A stretch of 64,000 nucleotides of DNA, taken from positions 42,683-106,682 of the forward strand of contig JAYPPL010000010.1 in the NCBI GenBank assembly GCA_038131445.1, written 5' to 3'. A model generated the notes under the pieces. It was not told the origin of the DNA. It searched no databases and saw nothing but the letters and a program-made list of their open reading frames with translations. The translations under genes were made by a program, and so were the position numbers. Below, in pieces: positions 50,684 through 61,103 of the stretch; position 1 is the stretch's first letter; every line of letters starts with the position of its first letter. The DNA is from Alphaproteobacteria bacterium. GTDB taxonomy: Bacteria; Pseudomonadota; Alphaproteobacteria; UBA6615.

Positions 50684-51766
50684 TACGCAGCAGAGAGAAG
50701 AGCGCCTGAATTAGGGGGGGGTATGTGGTTTTCGCTCCGGCGATCTGTGGTCCTCGACCTTTGCAATGCTGGGATGTTATCAGGAGGCATATAAGTTTGT
50801 TTAAGTCTGCGCAGATTGAGGGCATTTTATATTCACACTCTAAGGATCGCTTTTTTACTCCCAAAGAGCATAGTTTTGCTAAGGAGGTGAAGGGTCTTAC
50901 GTTACGAACGGGATTTTGAGAGGAACTTACTAGCAAGCAAGCGCATGGTGCTTACCCGAAGAAAATGCAGTGGATCTTTTGGTCGGGAGTTGGAAGTCAG
51001 GGATTTTATCGCGGTCTCGAAACGTATCGCCTTAACTTTACGAAACTGAATTTTCTCATGTCACTGAGTGCAACATCTCGCCCGCGAATGCGGAACCGTA
51101 TTGGGAGAGGGAAGTACGGGTTATGGATTTTACTATTAGTTGCGAAAAAATGAGATTTACCTTTAATTTTGGTAATAATATGAATCTCTTTTGAATACAT
51201 GGAGAAAGTTCGAAATCATGATAATCCGTACGATCGCCCTTATCGGCATGTTTTTTATCGTTACCTTTCAGGCGCCATCGTTTGCTAACGAAAAATTCAC
51301 TTTTGAACAAATAATGGAAATGATGGAAGGCGCTGATGTCCGTTATAAACGAACTGGTCATTATAGTAATATTCCCTTTAAATTAGAAAAAAGGGCGAAA
51401 AATGGCGACTTACTCAGATGCAAAACAGGTATCGGGGAACGATTACAAGCGCTGGAGATAATAAAATTCGCCTGGATGGTTTTGGAAGTGGATGGACCAT
51501 AGTGGGGACTTGGGATTTCGAGAAAGAAGGGAATACTTGTAGGATTGACCACACACTTAAAGATTCAACTGGCAGCGAACCCATGGAAATGGTGTGGGTC
51601 TGTAACAAATGAGAATCTGCTCGAAGATGAGTGTCCCCCATAATTCTATAATTTTATTGCATCTAATGGCGCTCAACCTCCCCAAGAGTGTGTCGATGGA
51701 TCGTCTGGGTTAGTAAGTTCCTCTAGATGTTCAAAGTAAAAGATTGGGAGGCTTGGTCTGAAGTTT
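50531..51766. mobile_element. AT-rich inserted segment at the glmS 3' end containing only gene debris
   Basis: The GC drop begins exactly at the break in GlmS homology. The segment contains an alpha/beta-hydrolase fragment (NIFVFGQSRGGWSTL, then frame-broken pieces around a G8 run at 50714-50721) and a frameshifted small secreted-protein gene. No transposase or integrase is present. Confidence 0.5.
51218..51612 (+). pseudogene. small secreted hypothetical protein, frameshifted
   Basis: MIIRTIALIGMFFIVTFQAPSFA signal peptide, with this frame open to 51502. The C-terminal part (YRGTITSAGDNKIRLDGFGSGWTIVGTWDFEKEGNTCRIDH...VCNK) is in the frame of ORF 51418..51612. Confidence 0.35.
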
Positions 51767-52578
51767 TTAGCCCCAAATGATCATAACGGACAGGATAAGG
51801 GCCAGATAGCCGATAAACATCCGGTGGATCAGCACGTCCGGGATGCGGTGGGAAATCTTTACGCCGCCCGGTGAGCCAAAGATCGCGCCAACGGCGAGGC
51901 CCGCGAAGGCCGGGCCGTACAGATACCCGAAGGCAAAGTCCGGCAGGCCCGTCTCGTCAAAGCCGCCATAGATGTAGCCGCCCGCCGAGGCGAGGCCGAC
52001 CATCGCGGCCAGCGCCGAACAGCTCGCGGCCACCATGGGCATGGAATAGCGGTGACGCGAAGATACGGGCCGATCACCATCGCAGGCCCGGGGCCTAGGA
52101 GCGAACCCGTGATCCCCGTCAGCGTGCCGTGGAACCACAGGCCCGGTCCGCGCACGTTGTGGAGGTCGCCGCCGGCAGCCACCGTCTCGTGGCCCTTGTA
52201 GAAAATGCCCCGCAGGATTGCGACGCCGATGAAGCCCATGAAGATGATCTTCAGGACATCGCCGGGAAGGTAGTCACCGAAGATCGAGCCGGCGACGGCG
52301 CCGATCACGATGAACGGCACGAAGCGCAGGGTGACGGGCAGTTGCAGGTCGCCGGTCCGGTAGCGCAGGGCCGCGACATAGGCCGAGGTCGCGGCCATCA
52401 CGCCCAATGCCGTTCCTGCTGAGAGATGCATCACATGCTCGTCGGGCACACCCTGCAGGGGCAGGCCGATGATCAGGGCCGGGGCCATGGTGAAGGCACC
52501 GCCGACGCCGAACAGGCCGGAGACGAACCCGGCCAGCGCGCCGGTCAGGAAATAGATCAGGATGATTTCGTAGAGCAT
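51767..52578 (-). pseudogene. sulfite exporter TauE/SafE family protein, 1-nt frameshift
   Basis: The N-terminal 170 codons are in the frame of ORF 51859..52578 (MLYEIILIYFLTGALAGFVSGLFGVGG...GPGPAMVIGPYLR). The C-terminal part is in the frame of ORF 51767..52138 (RHRYSMPMVAASCSALAAMVGLASAGGYIYGGF...). The frame switches at about 52055-52062. The intact paralog next door aligns across the junction. Confidence 0.7.
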
Positions 52579-52587
52579 CGCGGGCCC

Positions 52588-53409
52588 TCAGCCTGTCCGG
52601 CCGTGCAGCAGCATCACCACCAGCACAATCGCGAGATAGAGCAGGTACAGGCGGCTTTGCAGGTGGTCGTCGAGGATACGCGAAATCTTCAGGCCCAGCG
52701 GCGCACCGGCCAGCCCGCCCACGGCGAGACCGGCGAAGGCCGGCAGGAAGAGGTAGCCAAGGCTGTTCTCCGGCAGCCCGGTCTCGTTGAAGCCGCCGAC
52801 GATATAGGTGACGCCCGCGAACAGGCCCATGGAGGCGGCGAGCGTCGAGGCGGTGGCGATGGTCGTCGCCATGGGGAAGCGCAGACGGCGCAGGAAGGGC
52901 ACGACCAGCACGGCGGGGCCCGGCCCCATCAGTGAGCCGAGGAAGCCGGACAGTGATCCCGAGAGCCAGAATTCCGGGCCGCGTACCCCGGACAGGTCGC
53001 TGCCACTCTGCAGGTCCACAATCCGCCTGGTCAGCAGCCCGCGCACGATGGTCAGCGCGATGAAGAAGATGAAGATCGCCTTCAGGACGTTGCCCGGCAG
53101 CGCGTCGCCGACCGTCGCCCCGACGATCGCGCCCACGGCGACCAGCGGCAGGAATTTCGCGACAAGGGCAAGATTGGTGTCGCCCGCGCGCCAGCGCAGC
53201 ACGGCGGTGAAGCTGGCCGTCACGAAGATGACGGCCTGGGTGGTGCCGATGGTCAAATGCATGCGCTGTTCGCCGCCGATGTCCTGGATGGTCAGCGCGA
53301 TCAGCAGGATGGGCGCCACGGCGAACCCGCCGCCGACGCCGAACATCGCGGCGACGACCCCGGCGAACACGCCCATGGCCAGGTAGATCAGGATGATTTC
53401 AACGGGCAC
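52588..53409 (-). CDS. sulfite exporter TauE/SafE family protein
   Basis: GTG 53409 is preceded by GGAGGAAG. VPVEIILIYLAMGVFAGVVAAMFGVGGGF... The track start at 53724 looks like an over-extension. Confidence 0.8.
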   Translation of the reverse strand: MPVEIILIYLAMGVFAGVVAAMFGVGGGFAVAPILLIALTIQDIGGEQRMHLTIGTTQAVIFVTASFTAVLRWRAGDTNLALVAKFLPLVAVGAIVGATVGDALPGNVLKAIFIFFIALTIVRGLLTRRIVDLQSGSDLSGVRGPEFWLSGSLSGFLGSLMGPGPAVLVVPFLRRLRFPMATTIATASTLAASMGLFAGVTYIVGGFNETGLPENSLGYLFLPAFAGLAVGGLAGAPLGLKISRILDDHLQSRLYLLYLAIVLVVMLLHGRTG

Positions 53410-53597
53410 GCAACTTCCTCCGCTGCGAGCATTAACGATGCGCGGAAGGGAAGGCAATTCGGCCGCCGCAGGGGTGATATGTGCACGATGATGGAGCGGC
53501 CATCCCCCGACGAAGCAAGCACTTGTGACCGTGTGACAGTTGCTTTTGCGGGAGGGCGCGCTAATTAGTCCGGACAAGCTTTGCAGGAAGGTGCCAC

Positions 53598-54974
53598 ATG
53601 GCGGAATACGACTACGACCTGTTTGTGATCGGCGCGGGCTCCGGCGGGGTCCGGGCGTCCCGGTTTTCCGCGGGCTATGGCGCACGTGTGGCGGTTGCCG
53701 AAGACCTGCACATGGGCGGCACATGCGTGAATGTGGGCTGCATTCCGAAAAAGCTCTTCGTCTATGCCTCGCACTTCCATGAGGAGTTCTCCGACGCGGC
53801 GGCCTATGGCTGGACGGTCAAGCCGGAGTCCTACAACTGGCGCACCCTCGTCGAGAACAAGGACAAGGAAATCTCCCGCCTCAACGGCATCTACCGCCGC
53901 CTGCTGGAGAATTCCGGGGTGGAGGTCATCGACGGCCGCGCGACGGTCGTGGATGCGCACACCGTCGGGGTCGAGGGCAAGCACTACACCGCGGAGAACA
54001 TCCTCGTCGCGGCTGGAAGCTGGCCGAACGATCACCGCTTCGAGGGCCACGAGCACATGATTACCTCGAATGAGGCGTTCTATCTCGATGAGCTGCCCAA
54101 GCGTGTTGTGGTCGAAGGCGGCGGGTATATCGCGGTGGAGTTCGCGGGTATCTTCGCGGGCCTTGGTGTCGAGACGACGCTTGTCTATCGCGGCGCGATG
54201 TTTATGCGCGGCTTCGACGAGGACATCCGTCACCACCTCAAGGCCGAGATGGAGAAGAAGGGCATCACCATGCGCTTCAACTCCGTGTTCGACCGGATCG
54301 AGAAGACCGATGACGGCCTGCGCGTCCACCTGACCGACGGGGTGATCCTGGAAGCCGATCAGGTGCTGTCGGCCATCGGCCGCCGCCCGAAGGTGACGGG
54401 CCTGGGCCTGGAAGAGGCAGGCGTGGAACTGAAGGAGAACGGCGCCGTGGTCGTGGACGAGTATTTCCGCACCTCGGTCCCGTCGATCTGGGCCATCGGC
54501 GACATCATCGACCGCTACCAGCTCACGCCGGTCGCGCTGGCCGAGGGTATGGCCGTCGCCAAGACGCTGTTCCGCAACGAGCCGACGACGGTGAACTACG
54601 ACTACATCCCGACCGCCGTGTTCAGCCAGCCGCCGGTCGGCACGGTCGGACTGACGGAAGCCGAGGCGCGCGAGAAGTATGGCGATGTGTCGATCTTCAA
54701 GAGCAGCTTCAAGCCGCTCAAGCACACGCTGACCGGGCGCGACGAGCAGACCTTCATGAAGATGATCGTCGATAAGGCGTCCGACAAGGTTGTGGGCATC
54801 CACATGGTCGGCGCCGATGCGGGCGAGATGATGCAGGGCTTCGGCGTGGCGCTGAAGGCGGGCGCGACGAAGGCGATCTTCGACAGCACCATCGGCATTC
54901 ATCCGACCTCGGCGGAAGAGTTCGTCACCATGCGCGAGCCGGTGCCGGAAGAGACCGCCAAGGCCGCGGAGTAG
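53598..54974 (+). CDS. gor: glutathione-disulfide reductase
   Basis: 458 aa. [11 protein letters not shown], the redox-active [13 protein letters not shown] motif, and a C-terminal HPTSAEE motif. Confidence 0.9.
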   Translation: MAEYDYDLFVIGAGSGGVRASRFSAGYGARVAVAEDLHMGGTCVNVGCIPKKLFVYASHFHEEFSDAAAYGWTVKPESYNWRTLVENKDKEISRLNGIYRRLLENSGVEVIDGRATVVDAHTVGVEGKHYTAENILVAAGSWPNDHRFEGHEHMITSNEAFYLDELPKRVVVEGGGYIAVEFAGIFAGLGVETTLVYRGAMFMRGFDEDIRHHLKAEMEKKGITMRFNSVFDRIEKTDDGLRVHLTDGVILEADQVLSAIGRRPKVTGLGLEEAGVELKENGAVVVDEYFRTSVPSIWAIGDIIDRYQLTPVALAEGMAVAKTLFRNEPTTVNYDYIPTAVFSQPPVGTVGLTEAEAREKYGDVSIFKSSFKPLKHTLTGRDEQTFMKMIVDKASDKVVGIHMVGADAGEMMQGFGVALKAGATKAIFDSTIGIHPTSAEEFVTMREPVPEETAKAAE

Positions 54975-55121
54975 CCGGGCGGTTTTCTAGGGCCTTGTAT
55001 TTGTGCGATTTTCGCTGGAAATCGCGCCCTGGGACGCCTATAGCCTCCCCCGTTAGCGCGTATGTGACCTGGTCAAGCGAACAAATGGACGGGTTTTGCG
55101 GTTCACCGCGGCCCGAATGAT

Positions 55122-56516
55122 GTGATGTCGAAGAACTGGAAGCCCGATAGCTGGCGCGCCCGCGATATTCTGCAGGTGCCGGAATACAGCAATGCCGGCG
55201 CCCTTGCGGCCGTCGAAGCCGAACTCTCGAAGCAGCCACCGCTGGTGTTCGCCGGCGAGGCGCGTGCGCTGCGTGCGCAGCTCGCCCGCGTGGCCGAGGG
55301 TCAGGCATTTTTGCTGCAGGGCGGCGACTGCGCGGAAAGCTTCGCCGAATTCCATGCCGACAACATCCGCGACACCTTCAAGGTGCTCCTGCAGATGGCG
55401 GTGGTGCTGACCTATGGCGCCGCCTGCCCGGTGGTGAAGGTCGGCCGCATGGCCGGGCAGTTCGCCAAGCCCCGCTCGGCCCCGATGGAAGAGATCGACG
55501 GTGTGTCCCTGCCGAGCTATCGCGGCGACATCATCAACGATATGGCGTTCGAGCCGGCTTCGCGCGAGCCCGATCCCGCGCGCATGCTGCGTGCCTATCA
55601 CCAGGCCGCCTCGACGCTGAACCTGCTGCGCGCCTTCGCCCAGGGCGGCTTCGCGGACCTGACCCGGATTCACCAGTGGAATCTGGACTTCGTGAAGTCA
55701 AGCGCCCAGGGCGCGAAATTCGAGGAACTGGCGACCCGCATCGACGAGACGCTGGCCTTCATGGCCGCCTGCGGCCTGACCAGCGAGAACGTCCCGCAGA
55801 TGCGCGAGACGGATTTCTACACCAGCCATGAGGCGCTGCTGCTGGTCTATGAGCAGGCGCTGACGCGGCAGGATTCGCTGACCGGCAAGTGGTACGACAC
55901 CTCGGCCCACATGCTGTGGATCGGTGACCGCACCCGGCAGCCCGACGGCGCGCATGTGGAGTTCCTGAGCGGGGTCGAGAACCCCATCGGCATCAAGTGC
56001 GGCCCGTCGCTCGACACCGACGACCTGCTGCGCCTGCTCGACACCCTGAACCCGGAGAACGAGGCGGGCCGGATCACCCTGATCTGCCGCATGGGCGCGG
56101 ACAAGGCCGCCGACGGCCTGCCGCCGCTGGTGCGCGCGGTCGAGGGCGCCGGGCGCAAGGTTGTCTGGTCGTGCGACCCGATGCACGGCAACACGATCAA
56201 GGCCTCCACCGGCTACAAGACGCGCGGCTTCGACGCGATCCTGTCGGAGGTGGACACCTTCTTCGCGGTGCACCGTGCTGAAGGCTCGCACGCCGGCGGC
56301 GTCCATTTCGAGATGACCGGCCAGGACGTCACCGAATGCATCGGCGGCGCCCAGGAGATCACCGAGGAACGCCTCGCGGACCGCTATCACACCCATTGCG
56401 ACCCGCGCCTGAACGCCAGCCAGTCCATCGAACTGGCCTTCCAGATCGCCGAGCGGCTGAAAAGCCAGCGTGACGTGATGGCGGCGGAGCTGGCGCAGGC
56501 CGCGTCGGCCGACTGA
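55122..56516 (+). CDS. class II (plant-like) 3-deoxy-7-phosphoheptulonate synthase
   Basis: 464 aa. [12 protein letters not shown]...[11 protein letters not shown] is typical of AroA(II). The start is GTG 55122 or ATG 55125. Confidence 0.9.
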   Translation: MMSKNWKPDSWRARDILQVPEYSNAGALAAVEAELSKQPPLVFAGEARALRAQLARVAEGQAFLLQGGDCAESFAEFHADNIRDTFKVLLQMAVVLTYGAACPVVKVGRMAGQFAKPRSAPMEEIDGVSLPSYRGDIINDMAFEPASREPDPARMLRAYHQAASTLNLLRAFAQGGFADLTRIHQWNLDFVKSSAQGAKFEELATRIDETLAFMAACGLTSENVPQMRETDFYTSHEALLLVYEQALTRQDSLTGKWYDTSAHMLWIGDRTRQPDGAHVEFLSGVENPIGIKCGPSLDTDDLLRLLDTLNPENEAGRITLICRMGADKAADGLPPLVRAVEGAGRKVVWSCDPMHGNTIKASTGYKTRGFDAILSEVDTFFAVHRAEGSHAGGVHFEMTGQDVTECIGGAQEITEERLADRYHTHCDPRLNASQSIELAFQIAERLKSQRDVMAAELAQAASAD

Positions 56517-56598
56517 CGGCAGCGCGCGGGCCTCGAAAGAGGCTTTGCGAACGGCCCGTCGCGCGCCAGACTGCGACGCGCAATGATCGGGGGTCCTG

Positions 56599-57792
56599 AT
56601 GAGCACGACCGAATCGCCTGAACCGGGCACGACGCGCGAGGCCGCGCCGGCGGAGCCCGCACGCGCCACGGAACTGCGCCCATCGGTGGCGGATATCTCC
56701 CGCTACACCGACACCTATTTCAACAAGACCCGCGATATCGTCGGCAAGTTCGGCGACACCCAGGTCACCTATGCGGTGTTCATGCGCCGCCCGGTGATCT
56801 CGGCCGCCCGCCTCGCGCTGGAATGGCTGGATGGCGTGGCGGCGGCGCGCGGCACCGAATTCAAGGTGGATCTGCGCTTCGACGAAGGACGCTGGGTCGG
56901 CGCGGGTGAGCCGCTGATGTACATCTCCGGCTCGTTCCACGAGCTGGTCGATCTGGAAACGCTGTTCCTGCAGAAGCTCGGCGCGGGCTGTGTGGCGGCC
57001 TACAACGCGGCAGCCATGTGCGTGGACCTGCCGAACGTGGCCTTCATGGCCTTCGATGCGCGCCACTGCACGGGCCCGGACATGGCCGAGCTGATGGCCT
57101 ATGCCGCCTCGGTCGGCTCGGCGCGCGCCAAACGCAAGGTCGGTGCGATCGGGTTTGTCGGCAACGCGACGGATGCGACGGCGCATTATTTCGGCCAGGA
57201 TCGCGGGCTGGGCACCATGCCGCACGCGCTGATCGGCTACGCCGGCACCACGCTGCGTGCGGCCGAGATGTTCCACGAGACCCATCCCGACGAGCCGCTG
57301 ACCGTGCTGGTCGATTATTTCGGGCGCGAGGTGAGCGACTCCCTGGAAGTCTGCCGCCGTTTTCCCGAGATGGTGCGCGAGGGCCAGCTGGCGCTGCGCC
57401 TCGACACGCCGGGCGGCCGCTATATCGAGGGGCTGGACCCGTCCCAGAGCTATGCCGTGCTGGAGCGCCATTCGCCCGATGCCATTCGCGGCTACCGGAC
57501 CGAGGGCGAGCTCCGCCACCTGATTGGCGGCGGCGTGTCCGCTGCGGCGCTCTGGCGCCTGCGCGAGAAGCTCGACCAGGGCGGATTCGAGAAGGCGAAG
57601 ATCGTGGCGTCCTCGGGCTTCGGGCCGGAGAAGTGCAAGGTCATGGCCGCTGCCGACGCGCCCATCGACGCCATCGGCACGGGCTCCTTCCTGCCGGGCG
57701 ACTGGCAGCAGACCTATGCGACGGCGGATATCGTGGAGTACGGCGGCACCAAGCGCGTGAAGGTCGGCCGCGAGTTCCTGCTGCGGAAGTAA
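56599..57792 (+). CDS. nicotinate phosphoribosyltransferase family protein
   Basis: 397 aa. YTDTYFNKTRDIV N-terminus, a GTMPHALIG motif, and the position immediately upstream of nadE. Confidence 0.8.
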   Translation: MSTTESPEPGTTREAAPAEPARATELRPSVADISRYTDTYFNKTRDIVGKFGDTQVTYAVFMRRPVISAARLALEWLDGVAAARGTEFKVDLRFDEGRWVGAGEPLMYISGSFHELVDLETLFLQKLGAGCVAAYNAAAMCVDLPNVAFMAFDARHCTGPDMAELMAYAASVGSARAKRKVGAIGFVGNATDATAHYFGQDRGLGTMPHALIGYAGTTLRAAEMFHETHPDEPLTVLVDYFGREVSDSLEVCRRFPEMVREGQLALRLDTPGGRYIEGLDPSQSYAVLERHSPDAIRGYRTEGELRHLIGGGVSAAALWRLREKLDQGGFEKAKIVASSGFGPEKCKVMAAADAPIDAIGTGSFLPGDWQQTYATADIVEYGGTKRVKVGREFLLRK

Positions 57793-57876
57793 CGCCCGGC
57801 GGCGCGTTGACACCCCGGACGTCCGCCAATACCGTCCGACGCCTGAGTTTTAGCCCCTTTCCGCACGACCAGTGCC

Positions 57877-59564
57877 ATGACCGATTCCCTGAACATCACG
57901 CTCGCCCAGCTCAACCCCGTCGTGGGGATATCGAGGGCAATGTCGCGAAGATCCGCGCGGCCCGGCTGGCGGCATCCGGGCAGGGGGCGGACCTCGTCGT
58001 CTGCACGGAGCTTTGCGTCACCGGCTACCCGCCGGAAGACCTGATCCTGAAGAACGCCTTCGTGCGCGCGGCGATGGCCGCCGTCGAGGAACTGGCGAAG
58101 GAAACCGGTGACGGCGGGCCGGGGCTGATTATCGGCACGCCATGGCTGGACGGGGACGGCAACCGGTTCAACGCCGCCGCCGTGCTCGACGATGGCAAGG
58201 TGCAGACGCTGCGCTACAAGTGGGACCTGCCGAACTACGGCGTGTTCGACGAGAAGCGCGTCTTCCAGCCGGGCGATCTGCCGGGGCCGGTGAACTTCCG
58301 GGGCGTGCGGCTCGGCCTCGCGGTCTGCGAGGACATGTGGACGCCGGATGTGTCCGAAACCCTGATGGAATCGGGGGCCGAGATCCTCGTCTTCCTGAAC
58401 GGCAGCCCGTATGAGCGCGACAAGGTCGATACCCGCATGAACCTGGCCGTCGCGCGGGTGACGGAGACGGACCTGCCGCTGATCTATGTGAACCAGGTGG
58501 GGGGGCAGGACGAGCTGGTCTTCGACGGCGGCTCCTTCGTGCTGAACGCCGACCGGCGCATGGCCGTGGCGGCGACCCAGTTCACCGAAGACCTCAAGGC
58601 CACGACCTGGGCGCGCGGCGATGACGGCTGGGCCTGCACATCCGGCGAGATCGAGCCCTGGATCGAGGGCATGGAGCGCATCTACCAGGCGATGGTGCTG
58701 GGCCTGCGCGACTATGTGAACAAGAACGGCTTCCCCGGTGTCGTCATCGGGCTTTCAGGCGGCATCGATTCCGCGATCACGGCGGTGGTCGCCGTGGATG
58801 CGCTGGGCCGCGACCGGGTGCACTGCGTGATGATGCCGTCTCCCTACACAAGCGGGGATTCGCTGGACGATGCCCGCGAACTCGCCGAGCGGCTGGAGGT
58901 GCGCTACGACAGCGCCAATATCGGCCCGGCCATGGGCGCGTTCGACACGATGCTGACCGAGGTCTTCAACGAGCCCGCCTCGGGCGTGACGGCGGAAAAC
59001 ATCCAGAGCCGGTCGCGCGGCACGCTGCTGATGGCGATTTCCAATGCCACCGGCGCGATGCTGGTCACCACCGGCAACAAGTCGGAAATGTCGGTGGGCT
59101 ACGCCACCATCTATGGCGACATGAACGGCGGCTATTCGGTCATCAAGGACGTGTACAAGACCGATGTGTTCGCGCTGTGCCGCTGGCGGAACGAGAACTT
59201 CCCCGACAACGTGCTGGGCCCGGCGGGCGACGTGATTCCCGATCGGATCATCACCAAGCCGCCGTCGGCCGAGCTGCGCCCCGACCAGAAGGACGAGGAC
59301 TCCCTGCCGCCCTATGAGGTGCTGGACGCGATCCTGCACGGGCTGATCGAGGAAGACCTGGGCGCTGAAGACCTGGAAGCGAAGGGATTTGAGCCGGAGA
59401 CCGTCCAGCGCATCTGGCGGCTGCTGGAACTGTCGGAATACAAGCGCCGCCAGGCCCCGCCGGGGGTGAAGCTGACCAGCCGCGCCTTCGGCCGCGACCG
59501 CCGCTACCCGATCACCAACGCGTTCCGGGGGCAAGGCATAGCTGCTCGGCTGCCAAACCATTGA
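57877..59564 (+). pseudogene. nadE: glutamine-dependent NAD+ synthetase with a -1 frameshift at codon ~17
   Basis: ATG 57877 gives MTDSLNITLAQLNPVVG and then runs out of frame, stopping after ~55 codons. The rest (DIEGNVAKIRAARLAA...CN-hydrolase domain...GLSGGIDSA PP-loop...) is in the frame of the long ORF ending at 59564. The frames join at the GGGG run at 57924-57927, where one more G would restore VVGDIEGN. Confidence 0.8.
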
Positions 59565-59721
59565 ATTGCCTTGGCTTCCCCGTGGCGCTATACACGCGGC
59601 CATGACTGACCGGCTTTCCCGTCGATGTTGCATTGCCTGCGGGCGAATTACCGCCTGACAGCCCCTGTCTGTGCGCGGGTAACCCGCGCGCGAAGTGCAC
59701 TCTTTATTCCGGGACCCCGTG

Positions 59722-61098
59722 ATGACTCTTCATCTCCACAACACATTGACGCGCAGCAAGCAGGCCTTCGAGCCGATCGATCCGGCCAATGTGCGCATGT
59801 ATGTCTGCGGCCCGACCGTCTATGACGATATTCATATCGGCAACGCGCGCCCGCTGGTGGTGTTCGACGTGCTGGCCCGGCTGCTGCGCCAGGAATACGG
59901 CGCGGGGCACGTCACCTATGCCCGCAACATCACCGATGTGGACGACAAGATCATCGACCGGGCGGCGGAGAACGGTGAGACCATCGACACGCTGACACGG
60001 CGCACGACCGAGAATTTCCACGCGGCCACGGCGGCGCTGGGTTGCCTGCCGCCGGATGTGGAGCCGCGCGCGACCGAGCACATCGCCCAGATGATTGCGC
60101 TGATCGAGACCCTGGTCGCCAAAGAACACGCCTATGCGGCCGAAGGCCATGTGCTGTTCCATGTACTCTCGATGCCGGACTACGGGAAGCTGTCGGGCCG
60201 CAACCGCGACGAGATGATCGCGGGCGCGCGGGTCGAGGTCGCACCCTTTAAGCGCGATCCGTCGGACTTCGTGCTGTGGAAGCCCTCGACCGGCGACCAG
60301 CCGGGCTGGGAGTCGCCCTGGGGTTTCGGGCGCCCGGGCTGGCACCTGGAATGCTCGGCCATGAGCGAGCAGCACCTCGGCGCGTCCTTCGACATCCATG
60401 GCGGCGGCGTGGATCTGGTTTTCCCGCACCATGAGAACGAAATCGCCCAGTCCCGCTGCGCCCATCCGGGCGCGTCCTTCGCCAACTACTGGGTGCACAA
60501 CGGCTACCTGATGAGCGAGGGGGAGAAGATGTCCAAGTCGCTGGGCAACTTCTACACTGTCTCCGACCTGCTCAAGGAGTTCCCGGGCGAGGCTCTGCGC
60601 CTGGCCATCCTGAAGACCCATTACCGCCAGCCGCTGGACTTCACCAAGGACGGCGTGCGCGAGGCACGGCAGGAACTGAACCGGTGGTTCCGGGCGCTGG
60701 CACTGGTGAAGGACGGGGCGTCATCGGACGGGGAAATCCCGGACGGCGTGATCGCGGCGCTCGAGGACGATTTGAACACACCGGCCGCGATTGCCGCCGT
60801 GCATGCCGCGGCGGATGCCGTGTTCGCCGCGGACAAGGACGGTGACGCGGAGGCGGCCGAGACCGCCGCCGACCGTCTGAAGGCGGCGGGGCGTCTGCTC
60901 GGTATTCTGCAGGAAAGTCCGGACGTGTGGTTCCAGGGTGGTGGTGACGCGACCATCGATGCGCTGGTGGCCGAGCGCAACGCGGCGCGCGCGGAGAAGA
61001 ACTTCGCCCGGGCCGACGAAATCCGTGACGAGCTGCTGGCACAGGGCATCGTGCTGGAAGACGGCGCGGGCGGCACCACCTGGCGGCGGGAAGGCTGA
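59722..61098 (+). CDS. cysS: cysteine--tRNA ligase
   Basis: [18 protein letters not shown]..., HIGN and KMSKS class I signatures. Confidence 0.95.
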   Translation: MTLHLHNTLTRSKQAFEPIDPANVRMYVCGPTVYDDIHIGNARPLVVFDVLARLLRQEYGAGHVTYARNITDVDDKIIDRAAENGETIDTLTRRTTENFHAATAALGCLPPDVEPRATEHIAQMIALIETLVAKEHAYAAEGHVLFHVLSMPDYGKLSGRNRDEMIAGARVEVAPFKRDPSDFVLWKPSTGDQPGWESPWGFGRPGWHLECSAMSEQHLGASFDIHGGGVDLVFPHHENEIAQSRCAHPGASFANYWVHNGYLMSEGEKMSKSLGNFYTVSDLLKEFPGEALRLAILKTHYRQPLDFTKDGVREARQELNRWFRALALVKDGASSDGEIPDGVIAALEDDLNTPAAIAAVHAAADAVFAADKDGDAEAAETAADRLKAAGRLLGILQESPDVWFQGGGDATIDALVAERNAARAEKNFARADEIRDELLAQGIVLEDGAGGTTWRREG

Positions 61099-61103
61099 CC
61101 GAC

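Noticed and set aside
50531-51766. Tn7 or CRISPR-associated transposon at the glmS attachment site
   Set aside because: No tnsA-E-like, cas or tniQ-like ORFs are present, and no recognisable TGT...ACA terminal repeats. The segment is only ~1.2 kb of debris. The junction is inside glmS rather than ~25 bp downstream.
57018-57876. 5' extension of the 848-aa ORF (57018..59564), overlapping the NAPRTase gene
   Set aside because: The extension is out of frame with, and nested inside, a convincing gene. It translates to Arg/Pro/Gly-rich nonsense. The real nadE N-terminus (MTDSLNITLAQLNPVVG) starts at 57877 in another frame.
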